Below, piece by piece: positions 11,101-24,100 of a DNA stretch of 64,000 nucleotides. Each line of letters opens with the position of its first letter. Positions within the stretch are counted from its first letter, which is position 1. The DNA comes from Azolla caroliniana (lineage: Eukaryota; Plantae; Polypodiophyta). The translations under genes and the position numbers were made by a program. The stretch covers positions 13,454,001-13,518,000 of the forward strand of contig JBHGNT010000015.1 in assembly GCA_043228905.1 (NCBI GenBank), read 5' to 3'. The notes below the pieces were generated by a model. That model made no database searches, had not been told where the DNA came from, and saw only the letters and a program-made list of their open reading frames with translations.

Positions 11101-13234
11101 AGATTTGGACGAGCTCGAAGGCAAACATAGTTTTATCAACCGGGCCTCGACTACGTCAACTACACGGATGCAGGCAAACCAAGCACGTATGATGAAGCTA
11201 TGGCCGCACCGGATGCCGAAACATGGCTGCAAGCCATGAAATCCGAAATGGACTCGATTCATCAGAATCAGACATGGGAGCTGGTCGAACTACCAACAGG
11301 AAGAAAGCCGCTACCTTGCAAATGGGTGTTCCTATACAAGTATGTATCTGACTTAGAGAAACCCAAGTACAAAGCTCGACTTGTCGCGAAAGGATTCAAA
11401 CAGGAATACAGGGTCGACTACAACGAGATATTCTCACTAGTAGTCAAGATGACCACCCTCTGACTCCTACTAGGAGTCATGGCGACAGGAGATCTAGAGC
11501 TTGAGCAGATGGAGGTAAAGACGACATTCCTACACAGAGATCTGGAAGAAGACATATACATGTCTCAACCGGCAGGCTTCACGGCGACGGGGGAGGACAG
11601 TCACCTCGTATGCAGAATAAAGAAAAGTCTATATGGCCTCAAACAAGCGCCAAGAATGTGGTACCAAAAGTTCGACTCCCACATAAGGCGGCTTGGATAC
11701 AACAGATCAGACTCCGACACATGCATGTATGTTCGGCAATTGGCCGACGAGTCCAGGATCTATCTGATCCTTTATGTCGACGACATGTTGATTGCAGGGA
11801 GCAATCAAGTAGAGATCGGAAAGCTCAAGTAGAGCCTTCACGCAAAGTTCGCGATAAAGGAACTCGGACAAGCCTAACACATATTGGGCATGAGGATAGA
11901 TTGAAATCGGACGACCAAAACTCTCTGACTCTCCCAGTTCGAATACATCTGCAAGGTGCTGAAGCGCTTCAACATGGAGAATGTGAAGCTAGACGTCGCT
12001 TTCAACGTCGATCAGACTATCGGACAGAGACTCTCCTGCAAACGACAAGGAGAGAGAGCCTAATGGAAAGATACCCTACGCATCGACAGTAGGAAGTATC
12101 ATGTACGCAATGGTGGTGACCCGATCCAACCTAGCCTATGCCGTAGGGGTGGTCAATCGATACATGTCAAACCCAAGAAAGAAGCATTGGGAGGCCGTCA
12201 AGCACAGCCTTAGGTATCTGAAAGGAACCACGAATGCGCAACTGACATTCGGTTCGACAACATCAACAGTAGTTGAAGGCTACACCGATTCTGACTACGC
12301 TGGAAACACAGATAATCGGAAATCGACATCAGGCTACATCTTCACCTATAGTGGCAGTTCAATATCATGGAGGTCAAAACTTCAAGAGTGCACGACTCTG
12401 TCTACCACAAAAGCCGAGTACATAGCAACGTCAAAAGCAACGAAGGAAGCAATCTGGCTGCATCGACTGTTTGCCAATTTTGGAACTGCAAACCGAATAG
12501 ACCGACCTACGCCGACCGTCTATTGCGACTCACAGAGCACAATACACCTCATCAACAATCCCGTCTACCAGGATAAGACGAAGCACATTCAGGTGCGGTA
12601 TCATCATATTCGGGAGCTTGTGATCGAGATGAAACTTGAAGTCCGGAAGATCGACACAGAGGTGAACATCGCTGATTGCCTGATGAAGCCACTCCCAAAT
12701 CAACACTTTAGAACGCGAAGGACGAAGATGGGGCTATGACAAGAGAACGAGCAGAAGAAAGCCGAACGAGGAGTAGAAGGTAAGAGCTGACCGACACTCA
12801 TACTATACCTCTACCGACTCGGCTACTTGCCGACAGACTTGTAACATAAGATCTAGTTAAATTTGTAATCTAGGTTGACGGGGAAGATAACCCCAAGCAC
12901 TTGTACATGCAAGAAAGAGTAGTCCTTTTACGGGGGAGTTTGTTGGCATAAAAGGCCGACTCCTTCCAAGTTGTATTTGTCCAAGTGTGAACTCGTTAAT
13001 AAGTTAGTGCTTAGTATATAAGCGAATACCTAACATTGTAATGAGAGAGGATGACGAGTAGACGATTGTAATATCTGAGAGAGAAAAAAAAAACGCGTTG
13101 TGCAGAAATAATTAAAGCTTGCAACTCTGTAAGTCTATATCTGGTTTCTCTATCTTCTGTGTGTATGTTGTTTGTTGTTCATAGCCATAAGATCCAAACA
13201 CACACTTCCGCATAACTGTCGAAATTAACCAACA
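8112..13234 (+). mobile_element. Complete Ty1/copia element C inserted in the pol of gypsy B
   Basis: LTRs 8112-8418 and 12941-13234 (TGTTGG...CCAACA), PBS TGGTATCAGAGC 8421-8432 (tRNA-iMet), PPT GGGGGAG about 12932, TSD GTCCT at 8107-8111 and 13235-13239. Decayed gag-PR-IN-RT-RH 8521-12739. Removing it restores host frame ELEVL|RAYIEEN. Confidence 0.97.
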
Positions 13235-16048
13235 GTCCTTCGAGCCTATATAGAGGAGAATTTGGAAAATGGTTTCATTCGACATTCGAAATCTCCAGCC
13301 GGCACACCCATTTTCTTCGTCAAGAAAAAGGATGGATCACTTCATCTCATCGTAGATTACCATGGCTTGAATAAGGTCACCATTAGGAATAGGTACGCAC
13401 TTCCCCTTATATCAAGTCTTTTAGAACGGATCAATGGTGCAAGGTTCTTCACAAAAATCGACTTACGAGGAGCATATAACCTCGTACGGATCCGACCAGG
13501 AGATGAATGGAAGACCGCGTTTCGCACCAGGTATGGGCACTTCGAGTATACGATCATGCCATTCGGCCTCACTAATGCGCCAACAGTCTTCCAATACATG
13601 GCAAATGATATATTCTGAGATCTCTTGGATGTTTGTTTGATCATCTATTTGGATGATCTACTAGTTTATTTGAAGACCCAAGAAGAGCATGATTCTCATG
13701 TACTGTTAGTACTAAAACTAGTTTGAGAACATGGTCTTTATGCAAAGCTGGAAAAATGTAGTTTCGAGTGCAACCAGGTAGAATTTCTGGGCTATGTCAT
13801 TTCCTCGGAAGGCATCTCCATGGATCCAGCTACGGTCAAAATGGTGGTAGAGTGGCAGACTCCATGTTCGTTGTGAGATGTGCAATGCTTTTTAGGCTTT
13901 ACCAATTTCAACCACAAGTTTATACAGGATTACTTAAAGCTGGTTTTGCCTCTCACACAGCTCACCAGGAAGGAACAATTGTTCATTTGGTTTGAAGAAG
14001 CAGACATGGCTTTTGAGGGTCGTAAGAAGGCATTTACATCAGCTCCTATTCTGGCTCATGTTGATCTGGGAAAACCATTCATCATCGAAGCAGACGTGTT
14101 GGATTTCGTGTTGGGTAGCATTCTGTCACAACAAGACAATGATGAAAAGCTCCATCTTGTGGCTTTCCACTCACGCAAGTTTGACGCCGCCAAAATCAAC
14201 TATGAAATTCATGATAAGGAGCTATTTGCAATAGTGGAATCTTTTACGTAATGGAGACATTTTCGAGAGGGATCTTCTCATCAAGTTACCGTATTCAGTG
14301 ATCACAAAAACCTTGCCTACTTTCAGAATGCTCGTGTGTTGAATGGACGTCAAGCTCGGTTGACCCAATTCCTCACTCGTTTTGACTTCAAAATTACATA
14401 TCGTCCGGGGAAGCAAAAAGGAAAGGCATATGCATTATCACAACGCTCGTATGTAGCAGTGCATCCTGGCGAGCCAGCTTTCGATAACCAAAAGCAAGTA
14501 ATCCTGGGACCAACACGACTGCAAGCAATGCAGGTCTTCGGTATGCTCTTGGATTCCCACGTTATCGATACCATACATGAGGACTTGAAGACAAATGCTT
14601 TCACCCAAGCCATTCTAGCACAAATTGATCCCTCTCGAGCATCTTGTTCACAGTCGTAACAACTAGGTACGGACTATCGACAATTTGAATGTCACGATGG
14701 ATTACTATTCTTTAAGAAACTCTTGTATGTTCCTAATGGTTCTTGTCACCTTCGAGTAGTCCAAAACTGTGATGACACATATACAGATGGGCATTTGGCA
14801 GTATTAAAACATTAGATTTAGTACAACGATCATTCTAGTGGCCCCATATGCGACAATTTGTTGAAGATTTTGTTTGGACTTGCGATACATGTTGCAGAGC
14901 AAAAATGCCAAGGCATCATCCATATGGTTTATTAGAACCATTATCAATTCCAAGCAAGCCGTGGCAATCCATTGCTCTAGATTTCATCACAGATCTTCCG
15001 GTCTCTAAGGGATTCGATGTGATCTTAACAGTAGTAGATCATTATACGAAGATGGTCCATTTCCTGCCATGTACTAAGGAAATCTCCAGTGAGGAAACCG
15101 TTGAAACTATCATACGTGAAGTATATTGGCATCATGAACGATCGTGGACCCCAGTTCGTCTCAAAATTCTGGAAGCACCTCTTTAAAATGCTCAAGGTCA
15201 CTTATAACCTCTCCTCTGGCTACCACCCTCAAATAGATGGCCAAGCAAAACGAACGAATCAAACGCTGGAGCAGTATCTTCGATGCTTTCTAAGCTATCA
15301 TCAAGATGACTGGGCAGATATTCTCCACTTCACCGAATTTGCGTATAATAACTCTGTCCACTCATTGACAAAGGTTACACCATTTTATGCTTATTCGGGT
15401 TGTCACCCTCGATGGTGTGTATTGGAAACCCCAGAGTTACCCACAAATCATTGCGTAGAGGATCGTTTGGAGTGGTTACGCAAGATACAAGCAGATTTAT
15501 CTACTCATCTACAACAAGCTCAACAAACACACAAGGATTACACGGATCGTCATCGGCTTCCACCTAGTTTTAACATTGGGGATCGGGTATGGCCACTTCG
15601 ACGACACATCAAGACTACTCGCCCATGAGAGAAGTTGGATTATCGGCAATTAGGTCCTTTCCGTATTATCGGAAATTTAATGATGTCGCTTTTCGTCTCG
15701 ATCTACCTCCACAACTTCGGATACATCCGGTGTTTCATAGTTCTCTCCTCGAACCCTATCAAGATAGCACCATCCTAGGTTATATTAAACAACGTCCACC
15801 CCCGATCGAACTTGAAGATGGACCTGAGTACAAGGTTGCCACCATCCTCGATTCCAAGATTGTTCGCAACAAATTGTACTATTTAGTTGATTGGCTAGGA
15901 TATAGTCCCACTAAGCGTACTTGGGAACCAATAGAGAATGTGACCAATGCTCATGCTCTTCTTGAAGACTTCCATCGTCAATATCCAGACAAACCGGGTC
16001 GTCAATCCAAAATGACTCGTGACACTCGTGGTTTTAAAAGGGGGATAG

Positions 16049-16459
16049 AGTCATGATATGTCAAGACTCGAACCATTAGACTATATGTTGTAATACGAAG
16101 GTTATTATTTTCATTTAAGTTTTACTATAGAAAATTGATGTATATTCCAGATTTCTCTGGAACATTCTAGAAACTTTAGGAGTACTCTTGAGAACACTAT
16201 AAAAGGAGGCACGAGGCATTATTTCGAACCAAATCGGTTCAACGCCAGTCTTAAGCCTCCTAGCAACTATTGTTTATTCTCTTAACATAATATATATCTT
16301 TTGTTATCATCACTCACTCTCTCTCTCACTCTCACTCTTTCCTTCTCTCGAGAGTTCTACACCTCCCTTAGTACTAATCCTCATCTTTTAGTACTAATTC
16401 CTTCTCTATCTTAGTATTGTTCTTGACAATACCTCTTTGTCTTAGTACTGCTCCTAAGA
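16049..16459 (+). repeat. 3' LTR of gypsy B
   Basis: Follows the PPT and matches 4959-4971 plus 5774-6106. Termini decayed (AGTCATGA...CTCCTAAGA versus ...CTCATGACA). Confidence 0.88.
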
Positions 16460-17824
16460 GGAGCCAACTACCGGTGCATACGGTACCAACTTCATAATTT
16501 ACCCCACTAGATCAGATGTCGGGTAGTCTCGTTGAGATAGCTGAGTATGAATAGGGAGCAGGGTAGAGCCAGATTTCGCCGATTACATGTTGAATCGTTC
16601 CAGGACACGTCAAGTGTAGTCGGTCTGGGACAGAAACAATTGTCGTTGATTACGATTTTGACTTATCTTCATATCATGAATGTGTCATGTCGGACGGAGA
16701 TCCTTCATGGCAAACTTCAACCGCAGTTGCCGGACGGAGTCCAAAGATTAACATGTCATCTACGTAGATGATGAGGAAGATGGGTGGCCTATCTCAAGTT
16801 TTTTTCGTGAAGAGACAATGGTTCTCACCGCTCTTTGAGAAGCCGATGGATTGGATGAAGTCGTCGAACTTCTTGTACCACTGTTGTGGCGCCTGTTTCA
16901 GGCCGTAAAGACTCTTTGTGAGTCGGTAGACTAGATGTTCTTGGCCGGATGATGTTGTCCATAGGCTAGAAAAATAAATATATTATGTAAACTCGCCGTT
17001 AAGTAGAAGAGTAGGTGAGGAAGGTAGAGTTTAGGAAAACGCCGAGTTTCGAGCCTCACAGTAAGCCGACGGCTCGGCTCTGTATGAAGAAAAAGTATAT
17101 AAACCGAGGTCTGCATACCTCTGCAGGGGGGATACCTAGATCATTCGGAACGAAAGTAATATCATAGGAGCAAGCTCTATACGTATTGTTTCCGGCTAAG
17201 GCCGAGTACTGTAATCACTGTAAGTTTTATCATGGAATATAAGTTTCGTCTTTTCTAAACTTCTATCTGTGTATTCTCCCCGTATTCGTAAATCGGGCTG
17301 CGTTCATACTTAACGGGTTGTAGCCCGTGTACAATCCTTGTTCTCCTCTCTTTTTCCCCGTTGTCGTGAAGATCCGTCACTAGGCGCGGATCGCGAGGCG
17401 GAATTGCCGGGGTTCTGGACCGGAAGGATCGAAGTTCGCACCAAGCTTAGCGAGAAAGTATTTAGGATAGATTGAAAGAGAGAGAGAGCTTGAGATAGAA
17501 TAGAACGCTTGACCTTCGATTGAGAGAGATTGATTGAACTTTTATCTTTAGATTTAAGAAACAAGTTACACAATCAATTCGATAATGAATTTTCTTCTTC
17601 TTAATTTCATAACCAAAAGAGCCTCCCTTTTTTATAAGAATCCCCTCTTTTATAGATGCCCTCATGCATTTGAGGGTTCAAGACCTGCATAAAATGCATG
17701 TTTGCCATTTGGCGCCCATGTATTACATGTGGTGCATGATAACCACGTCACTCATTTTAGCTCTCATGTATGAGAATTTACATGTAAAGTTACAATGATA
17801 GAAATATAAATTGAACTAAATGTC

Positions 17825-17889
17825 ATGGCTTCGTGGTAAGCCAATTGACTCCTAACGTGGAGGTGCAAGGTTCAAATCCTTACTTGCCC
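17825..17889 (+). promoter_or_regulatory. tRNA-like Pol III A/B-box module inside LTR of family F
   Basis: TGGCTTCGTGG (A box-like) and GGTTCAAATCC (B box) at tRNA-like spacing. Homologue on the minus strand at about 45734-45798 (TGGCTTAATGG...GGTTTGAATCC). Confidence 0.55.
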
Positions 17890-19277
17890 TCCTTGTGTAT
17901 ATATATATATTTATTTATTTATCTAGTCGCCGGTTCGTCGGATGCCGTCGGTTACCGGTGGCTGTCGCCTCGCCGGATGCCGTCGTCTCACCGGCGTCGG
18001 ATGCCACGGGTTACCGGTTGCTGTCGCCTCGTCGTCGTCTCTCCGGCGCCAGATTCCGCCAGTTACCGGTGGCCGTTGGATGCCGTCACCTCGCCGTTGC
18101 CGGATGCTGCCGGTTATCGGTGGTCGCCGCCTCGCTGGTTGCCGCCGGATCACCAGCTCCATCGCCGGTCCGGTTTTGGTTGGTCAAAACCCTTTACGAG
18201 TAGCTAGGCCACCTCCACTCTTAGTTCAAGTCACCTTGAACTCTCTATGCTCCACACATAGACACAAAGATAATAGCTTTTGTTCTACCTTATATATGAT
18301 GAGAGCCGTATTTGTCGTGCCTATGTGGGATATCTCACAGTTTTCTCTTTTCCTTTCACAAACTTTATACCCTCATATCTTGACATTTAGTTGTCTGTTT
18401 CTCGTGTAATAAAGTACATTCGAAAGCTCTTGAAGACCTCCATCATTTTGTACTTAGATATTAAACTTATTTAAAATGTTATCTTCACTATTATTGTTTT
18501 ATGTGATTCATACTCGATTTTGTACGTTTATGTGATTTTCACACTATTGCCGAAAATCTTCACGACATCCACCCCCACCCAACAAACCGCACGTCCTCTG
18601 GTATGTGCCAAGAAGAGAGAAAGTGAGATTTCGGCTACGGTGATCAATCAGATTCCTCCATGTCTTCATTTACATCTGTCCTATTATGTTCATTGTCGAG
18701 GTGATCGAGGTCAGGATCCTTGTCTTGTCTTTTCTTAAAAATCTTTACTCTTTTTCTCGCAATGGGATCTGTCTAGCTCCGCAAGGTGGTATGTGGCATT
18801 ATCGTTGGCACTTATCACCAGATACGGCCCGAACCATCTTTTAGCGAACTTTCTTATTGTATTGTGTTGATTGTCAAGGATGTTGTCGTAAACCAAAACC
18901 CAATCTCCTTCTTCAATCTTCTTGGGACGAAGTTGATGCATGTTGTCGAACCGAACTTTGTTCTTTACTCGGGCTGCCTCCATCATCTTTCGCACTTTTT
19001 CTAGATCTTCAGGTCTTCTTTCAAGTTGCCTTATCCACACCGCTAATAACTCTTCTCAGCTCATCTCGTTCTCCCATGGTATCACTACCCATGAGGCAAT
19101 CGTCCTTTTGATGGGCATAACCGGCTTTTGTTCATACATAAGCTCTGTTGGCATATACCTGGTCACTGAGCTGTGTGTCGTTCTATCGGCCCACAAGGCA
19201 TAGGGTAATAGTCGTGGCCAATTCCCGACTCGACCGTTGCATGCCCATACGATGGCTTTAACGATAGGTCCATGCCC

Positions 19278-21197
19278 TCACTCGATCTTCCCATTCGCTT
19301 CCGGATTGTAGGCAGTCCTGAGGGAGAGCTTCACGCCTAGTCGTTCGAAGAGCTTTGTCGCTTCGTGTGCATCCAACTCCCCTCGGTCGGCCACTATCTT
19401 CCCCACACATCCGTATCGACAAACAAACTCTTCAAGCAGAAATTTACAGACGGCTGAAGTCGTCCTATTTGTCAAGGCTCGTCCTTCCACTTGATTTGTC
19501 AAGTCTTCCCTTGCTAGTGCTAAGTACCTCATTTGTCCCACTCCCATTGGCATCGAGACCAGATCCACCATCCATTTGAAGTGTATGGTGAGTGGGTATG
19601 TCGGCTGTAACTCATCACGATGACGTATATTTGAATATATTTGGCAAGTTTCACATGTGGACACGAAATGGAGTACATCTTTGTACATGCTTGGCCACCA
19701 GTACTTCTCCTTCAACTTTTCGAACGTCGCCCATGTTCCTCTATGACCTGCCCAAGCACTCTCGTGGAATTCGGTCATCAACATCTCTTGCTCTTCTTTC
19801 TTCACCACCACTCGACGTGGTATTCCTGTCCTTCTTTTTGGATGTTGCCAAAGGAATCCTCCCTTCAAGAAGTATCGGTAAGCTTTCTTCCGGATTCGTA
19901 GGGCCTCCTCCTTTGTCAACGAAGCATCTACCGTCAATGTTCTTAGGAATCTACCGATCAGTAACCACTCTCCTTCGTACTCGTTCTCGTTGAAGGCGTG
20001 GAGGGTTTGCGTGTCCTGGTCTTCCGCCGATAATCGAGCCATCTTGAAGAAGTCGAGGGCGACATCTTCATCTTCCGAAACCATGTCGCTTCCATTTTCA
20101 AATCTTGCCCTCGACAGCATGTCAGCCATGGCGTTCTTCTTCCCTGCAATGTGACGGATCTCTGGGTTTAAAGACTTGATGTAGGCGATCCACCTTAGCA
20201 TAGCAAGATCTGGGGTCGCACATCCCGAGACCATTCCGAGAATTGGGAGACAATCTGTCTCTATTATCACTTCCGACCTGATCAGGTAATCTTTGTCCGT
20301 CTTCACTGCCGACACAATACCCCAAAGTTCCCGCTTGACTTGGGCATATCTTTGTTGTCGTTCGCTGAGAATCTTTGGTCCGAACCGGATGGCATATCGC
20401 GCATTATCTTCTCCTTCTTGATTGATGACCCACCCGATTTCGGTTGGGCTCGTATCGACGGTCACGTAAATCGGCTTCCCTTCAGCATAGTCGGCCTTCC
20501 TGAGTACCAGAGCTTCAAGAAGCAGTTTCTTCAATCTTCGCATCGCATTTGTGTGCTCATCTCGCCATTCGAACTTCATTCTTTTCTTTAGTAGTCGATA
20601 TAACGGTTCAATGACATGAGCGTAGTGCGGAATCCAGATATGATAAAATGTGCATGCTCCAAGGAACCTTCTAACCTCTGTTTGATTTTCGCATTCTTCT
20701 TTCATGTCTTGGATCGCATTCACTTTGTATGGCAAAGGCTTCTGGCCGTATGCCCCACATAAGTGACCTACCACCAAGATCTCTAGTTGCCCGAATGCGG
20801 ATTTTTCTCCCGAAAATGTCAAATTCACATCTTCGAGCCTTTGAAGCACCTTCTCGCAATCTTTCATATGATCTGCAACGAACTTTCTACAACCTTCCTT
20901 ATCTTTCGATTCATCTTTCTCCTCATCCGAACATCCTTTTATCGGAATATCATCCAAGAATGGCATCGTGATGTCCGGGATGCAATCCTTCAAGACTATA
21001 TTCATGGCATTCACCATATGAGCCACCGAGTTTGTTGCGCCTTGGGGTAAGGTACACTTCCGCACAAGCCCGATCAGAGTCCTCATGGTTGTAATGTCCC
21101 GACTGTCGATCAACAATTGGAATTGGTCATATCCGGAGTAGAGATCGCCAATGGAGTAGATGGACCGGCCCGCAAACGCTTCGGCAAATTCGTCCAC
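19278..21197 (-). pseudogene. RT-RNase H-integrase portion of gypsy F pol (639 aa open)
   Basis: RT, RNase H (VTVDTS, IETDC) and integrase (WMVDLV, VADRGE, AYNPEANG) motifs. Flanking pieces 21219-22049 and 18735-19040 are separated by stops. Confidence 0.9.
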
Positions 21198-24100
21198 GCT
21201 CGGACCGATTCCGGCATTTCAAATTGTCACCTTGTTGACGGGTTGAAGATCTTGGATGAATCGCAATGATCCATTCTTCTTCGGCACCGTGAACCACCTA
21301 TTGGAATAAGGAGCATTCGACGATTCTAGAATTCCCATACTCACCTTCTCCTTTAAGAGCTCGATTAGCTTCGGAAGGTGTGCTCTCGGAACCGGTATCG
21401 GTTTCAAATTCCAAGGCACATGAGGCACCGTGAAGATCACCATCAGCTCTATAACCTTTGGGTCGGCACATCCGATTTCTCGTGGGAAGAATGCGAAAGC
21501 CTTCCCATGTCTCTCAAGCATATCGCGAAACATTTGCTCCTCTTCAGGGAGAAGGAAATCCTCCTTTCCAACTCGTAGCTTCCCCTTCGTCTCTTTGGTG
21601 AAGACATGACCTATCGTCTTCGGATCTCTTAAGCTTGGATCATTAGCGACTTCCTTCATCTTTTGCCAACTATCTTCCGGTAGCGGAACCGCAACTGGCT
21701 TGATCTTCGTATCCACCGTTTTATATTTCGTGTTGATGTCAGCTTCCTTCATCGAGGTGCCACGACGGTATTCATCGATGATAGCGTACATGTTGACGGA
21801 GTTAACCGAAATCACACGTTGGTCGTGAAGATAGCTCAAGTCCACGACATCCTCGATTTCGCCGATGATGTTGTTAAATGAGGCTTCTTCCATAATATGA
21901 ATCACGAACTCTCCTTCTTCTATTATGTTTTCTTCTTTCAACATCTTCTCGAATTCTTGTATCCAACGCTTGTCCTTCTTGTCGAGTAGTACTAGTTTAC
22001 ATGCGCCACTAGGTGTGACACATGTTGCTTCTCCTCGCAATTCACGCACTCTTCTTACTTGTGGGGTCTTGTGATTGCTCGGACTATTTGTGCGCCATGC
22101 TTCAGTAGTCCGCTCTAAAAATCTGAGGATTCGCCTCCGAGACTATCTCGATTCCTTTCATGATTGGCGTCACATCCTGTCATCCTAGGGCAACCTTATA
22201 TCACATCATCTCAGATGGAGACCAAAGTGTTTGATAATGGAGTAACCTTCGCACGAATAGAGAGTCTTGACAACCAAAGATCGGTCCAATTACCGGCGGC
22301 ATCCGGCGCCGGTGAGACGACGACATTCGTCACCTCGTCGTCGCCGGATGCCGCCGGTTATCGGTGGCCGCTGCCTCGCCGGTTGCCGGTGTGCCGCCTG
22401 CCGCCGGATCACCGGCTCCATCGTCGGTCCGGTTTTGGTTGGTCAAAACCCTTTACGAGTAGCTAGGCCACCTCCACTCTTAGTTCAAGTTACCTTGAAC
22501 TCTCTATGCTCCACACATAGACACAAAGATAATAGCTTTTGTTCTACCTTATATATGATGAGAGCCGTATTTGTCGTGCCTATGTGGGATATCTCACAGT
22601 TTTCTCTTTTCCTTTCACAAACTTTATACCCTCATATCTTGACATTTAGTTGTCTGTTTCTCGTGTAATAAAGTACATTCGAAAGCTCTTGAAGACCTCC
22701 ATCATTTTGTACTTAGATATTAAACTTATTTAAAATGTTATCTTCACTATTATTGTTTTATGTGATTCATACTCGATTTTGTACGTTTATGTGATTTTCA
22801 CACTATTGCCGAAAATCTTCACGACACCGTGTAGAAGAAGCTTCCACGTAACATGATCCCTTGACACCGATAGCCTGTGGGCTCATCGAAGGTGTTTTCC
22901 AAAGGAACGGATAACACAATTTGGCACGCCCGGTTACAGTTGTAAGGTTACAACGAACTACGTTGGAAGCAAACTCTAGCCGCCATTACGGTGCCCCATC
23001 GCATCACGCAGTCTCGGCCACCTACCCGACGCCCTGAGCCAGTCGAAGGAGCTTCCGACTCGGCGGTCACTAACCAATCGTTCCAAGAACTATCAGAGGC
23101 TCACCGGTTGCAATCCTCGCCACCCGATACCCAGTCGCGAGTTGATTCCGCACCAACCTCTCCACCGAGCCCTCCAAAGGTCACCCAACCTGACCCTAAC
23201 CCTTTTCCGGCCTTACTCGAGGACCTGGATCTCGATACCATGCCATACCCTTACCCACGGTATACCGATGGCCCCGACGTGGAAGCACACACCTGACTGT
23301 TCGTGTCCACATGGCAGGCCAACCACTCGACACATCGGTTATCAGCTGTCAAAATCGAGGCCTCCAAACTCACGGAATTTGCTTTATCCCTCGATGGCCC
23401 AGCTGCTCAATGGTACTCCCGCCTCGACATGGGGAAGGTCACAACGGTCCAAGATGTCAGGACAAAGTTCCTCCAATTATTTCACCGCCAAGTTCCGAAG
23501 CGGGAACTACTCCGGCAATTCTTTTCCATGGACCAAGAACCTCATGAGACGGTCGCCTAGTTCACGATCCGGTTTCAGGATCTCTATCGACAACTGGCCG
23601 ACGATGTCCCCGCTCATCACATTCCAGATAACTTCCTGTCTAGCTTAAGGGAGCCTCTGCGGACGACTCTCGCCCTTACAGATTTCTCCAACCAGACTAT
23701 TGAGCAAGTCATCGCACGTGTCCTTGCAATCGATCAGACACAACATACCACGACTTTCTCCGTGGGCTCTTTGCAAAGTTCCCTTCCGCAGGAGGACAAT
23801 CGTTTCCAACAAGCTCTTCAATGCACGGCCTGCTCAGGCTCAGGCCATCTGGCTCTAGAGTGCCCTCATCGGCCACACTGCCCAATGTGTCAGTCCCGAG
23901 CTCACATGATCGAACATTTTCAGTACAACATGCCTAACCGCACAATCACGGCTCTGGTTCGCCAGATCGAGTTGAGCAATACGTACTCCCGGCAGGATGA
24001 ACGTAAGTCATACCGACATCGGGCAAACGAGCGACCACAATTCCCAGATTGTCAGCGCCGCGACGACGACTATCGTCGCTACGACGACCGGTACCGCCAC

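Larger units (their letters stand above)
4959..16459 (+). mobile_element. Ty3/gypsy chromovirus B (Tcn1-like), decayed; hosts a plastid insert, copia A1 and copia C
   Basis: 5' LTR pieces 4959-4971 and 5774-6106 match the 3' LTR 16049-16459. gag EPKIGLPMKFNG, knuckle CLYCGGPGHIAMNC, protease [28 protein letters not shown], RNase H, integrase, chromodomain EYKVATILDSK...YLVDWLGY...TWEP (about 15830-15990). PPT AAAAGGGGGATAG about 16036-16048. Confidence 0.95.
17362..22826 (-). mobile_element. Ty3/gypsy element F (FLDD-type RT), internally deleted, inserted in 5' LTR of E
   Basis: LTR 17362-18567 with 12-bp terminal inverted repeat TGTCGTGAAGAT/ATCTTCACGACA. PPT as TCCACCCCCACCC at 18568-18580. 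pol 18735-22049 (GDLYSGYDQ, LPQGATNS, PFLDDIPIKG, GHRG...CETC, WFGPY). Partial second LTR about 22284-22826. 4-bp TSD CCGT. Confidence 0.93.

Noticed and set aside
17825-17889. Functional tRNA gene
   Set aside because: A and B boxes are present but I could not fold a convincing acceptor stem or cloverleaf, and it is part of an LTR.
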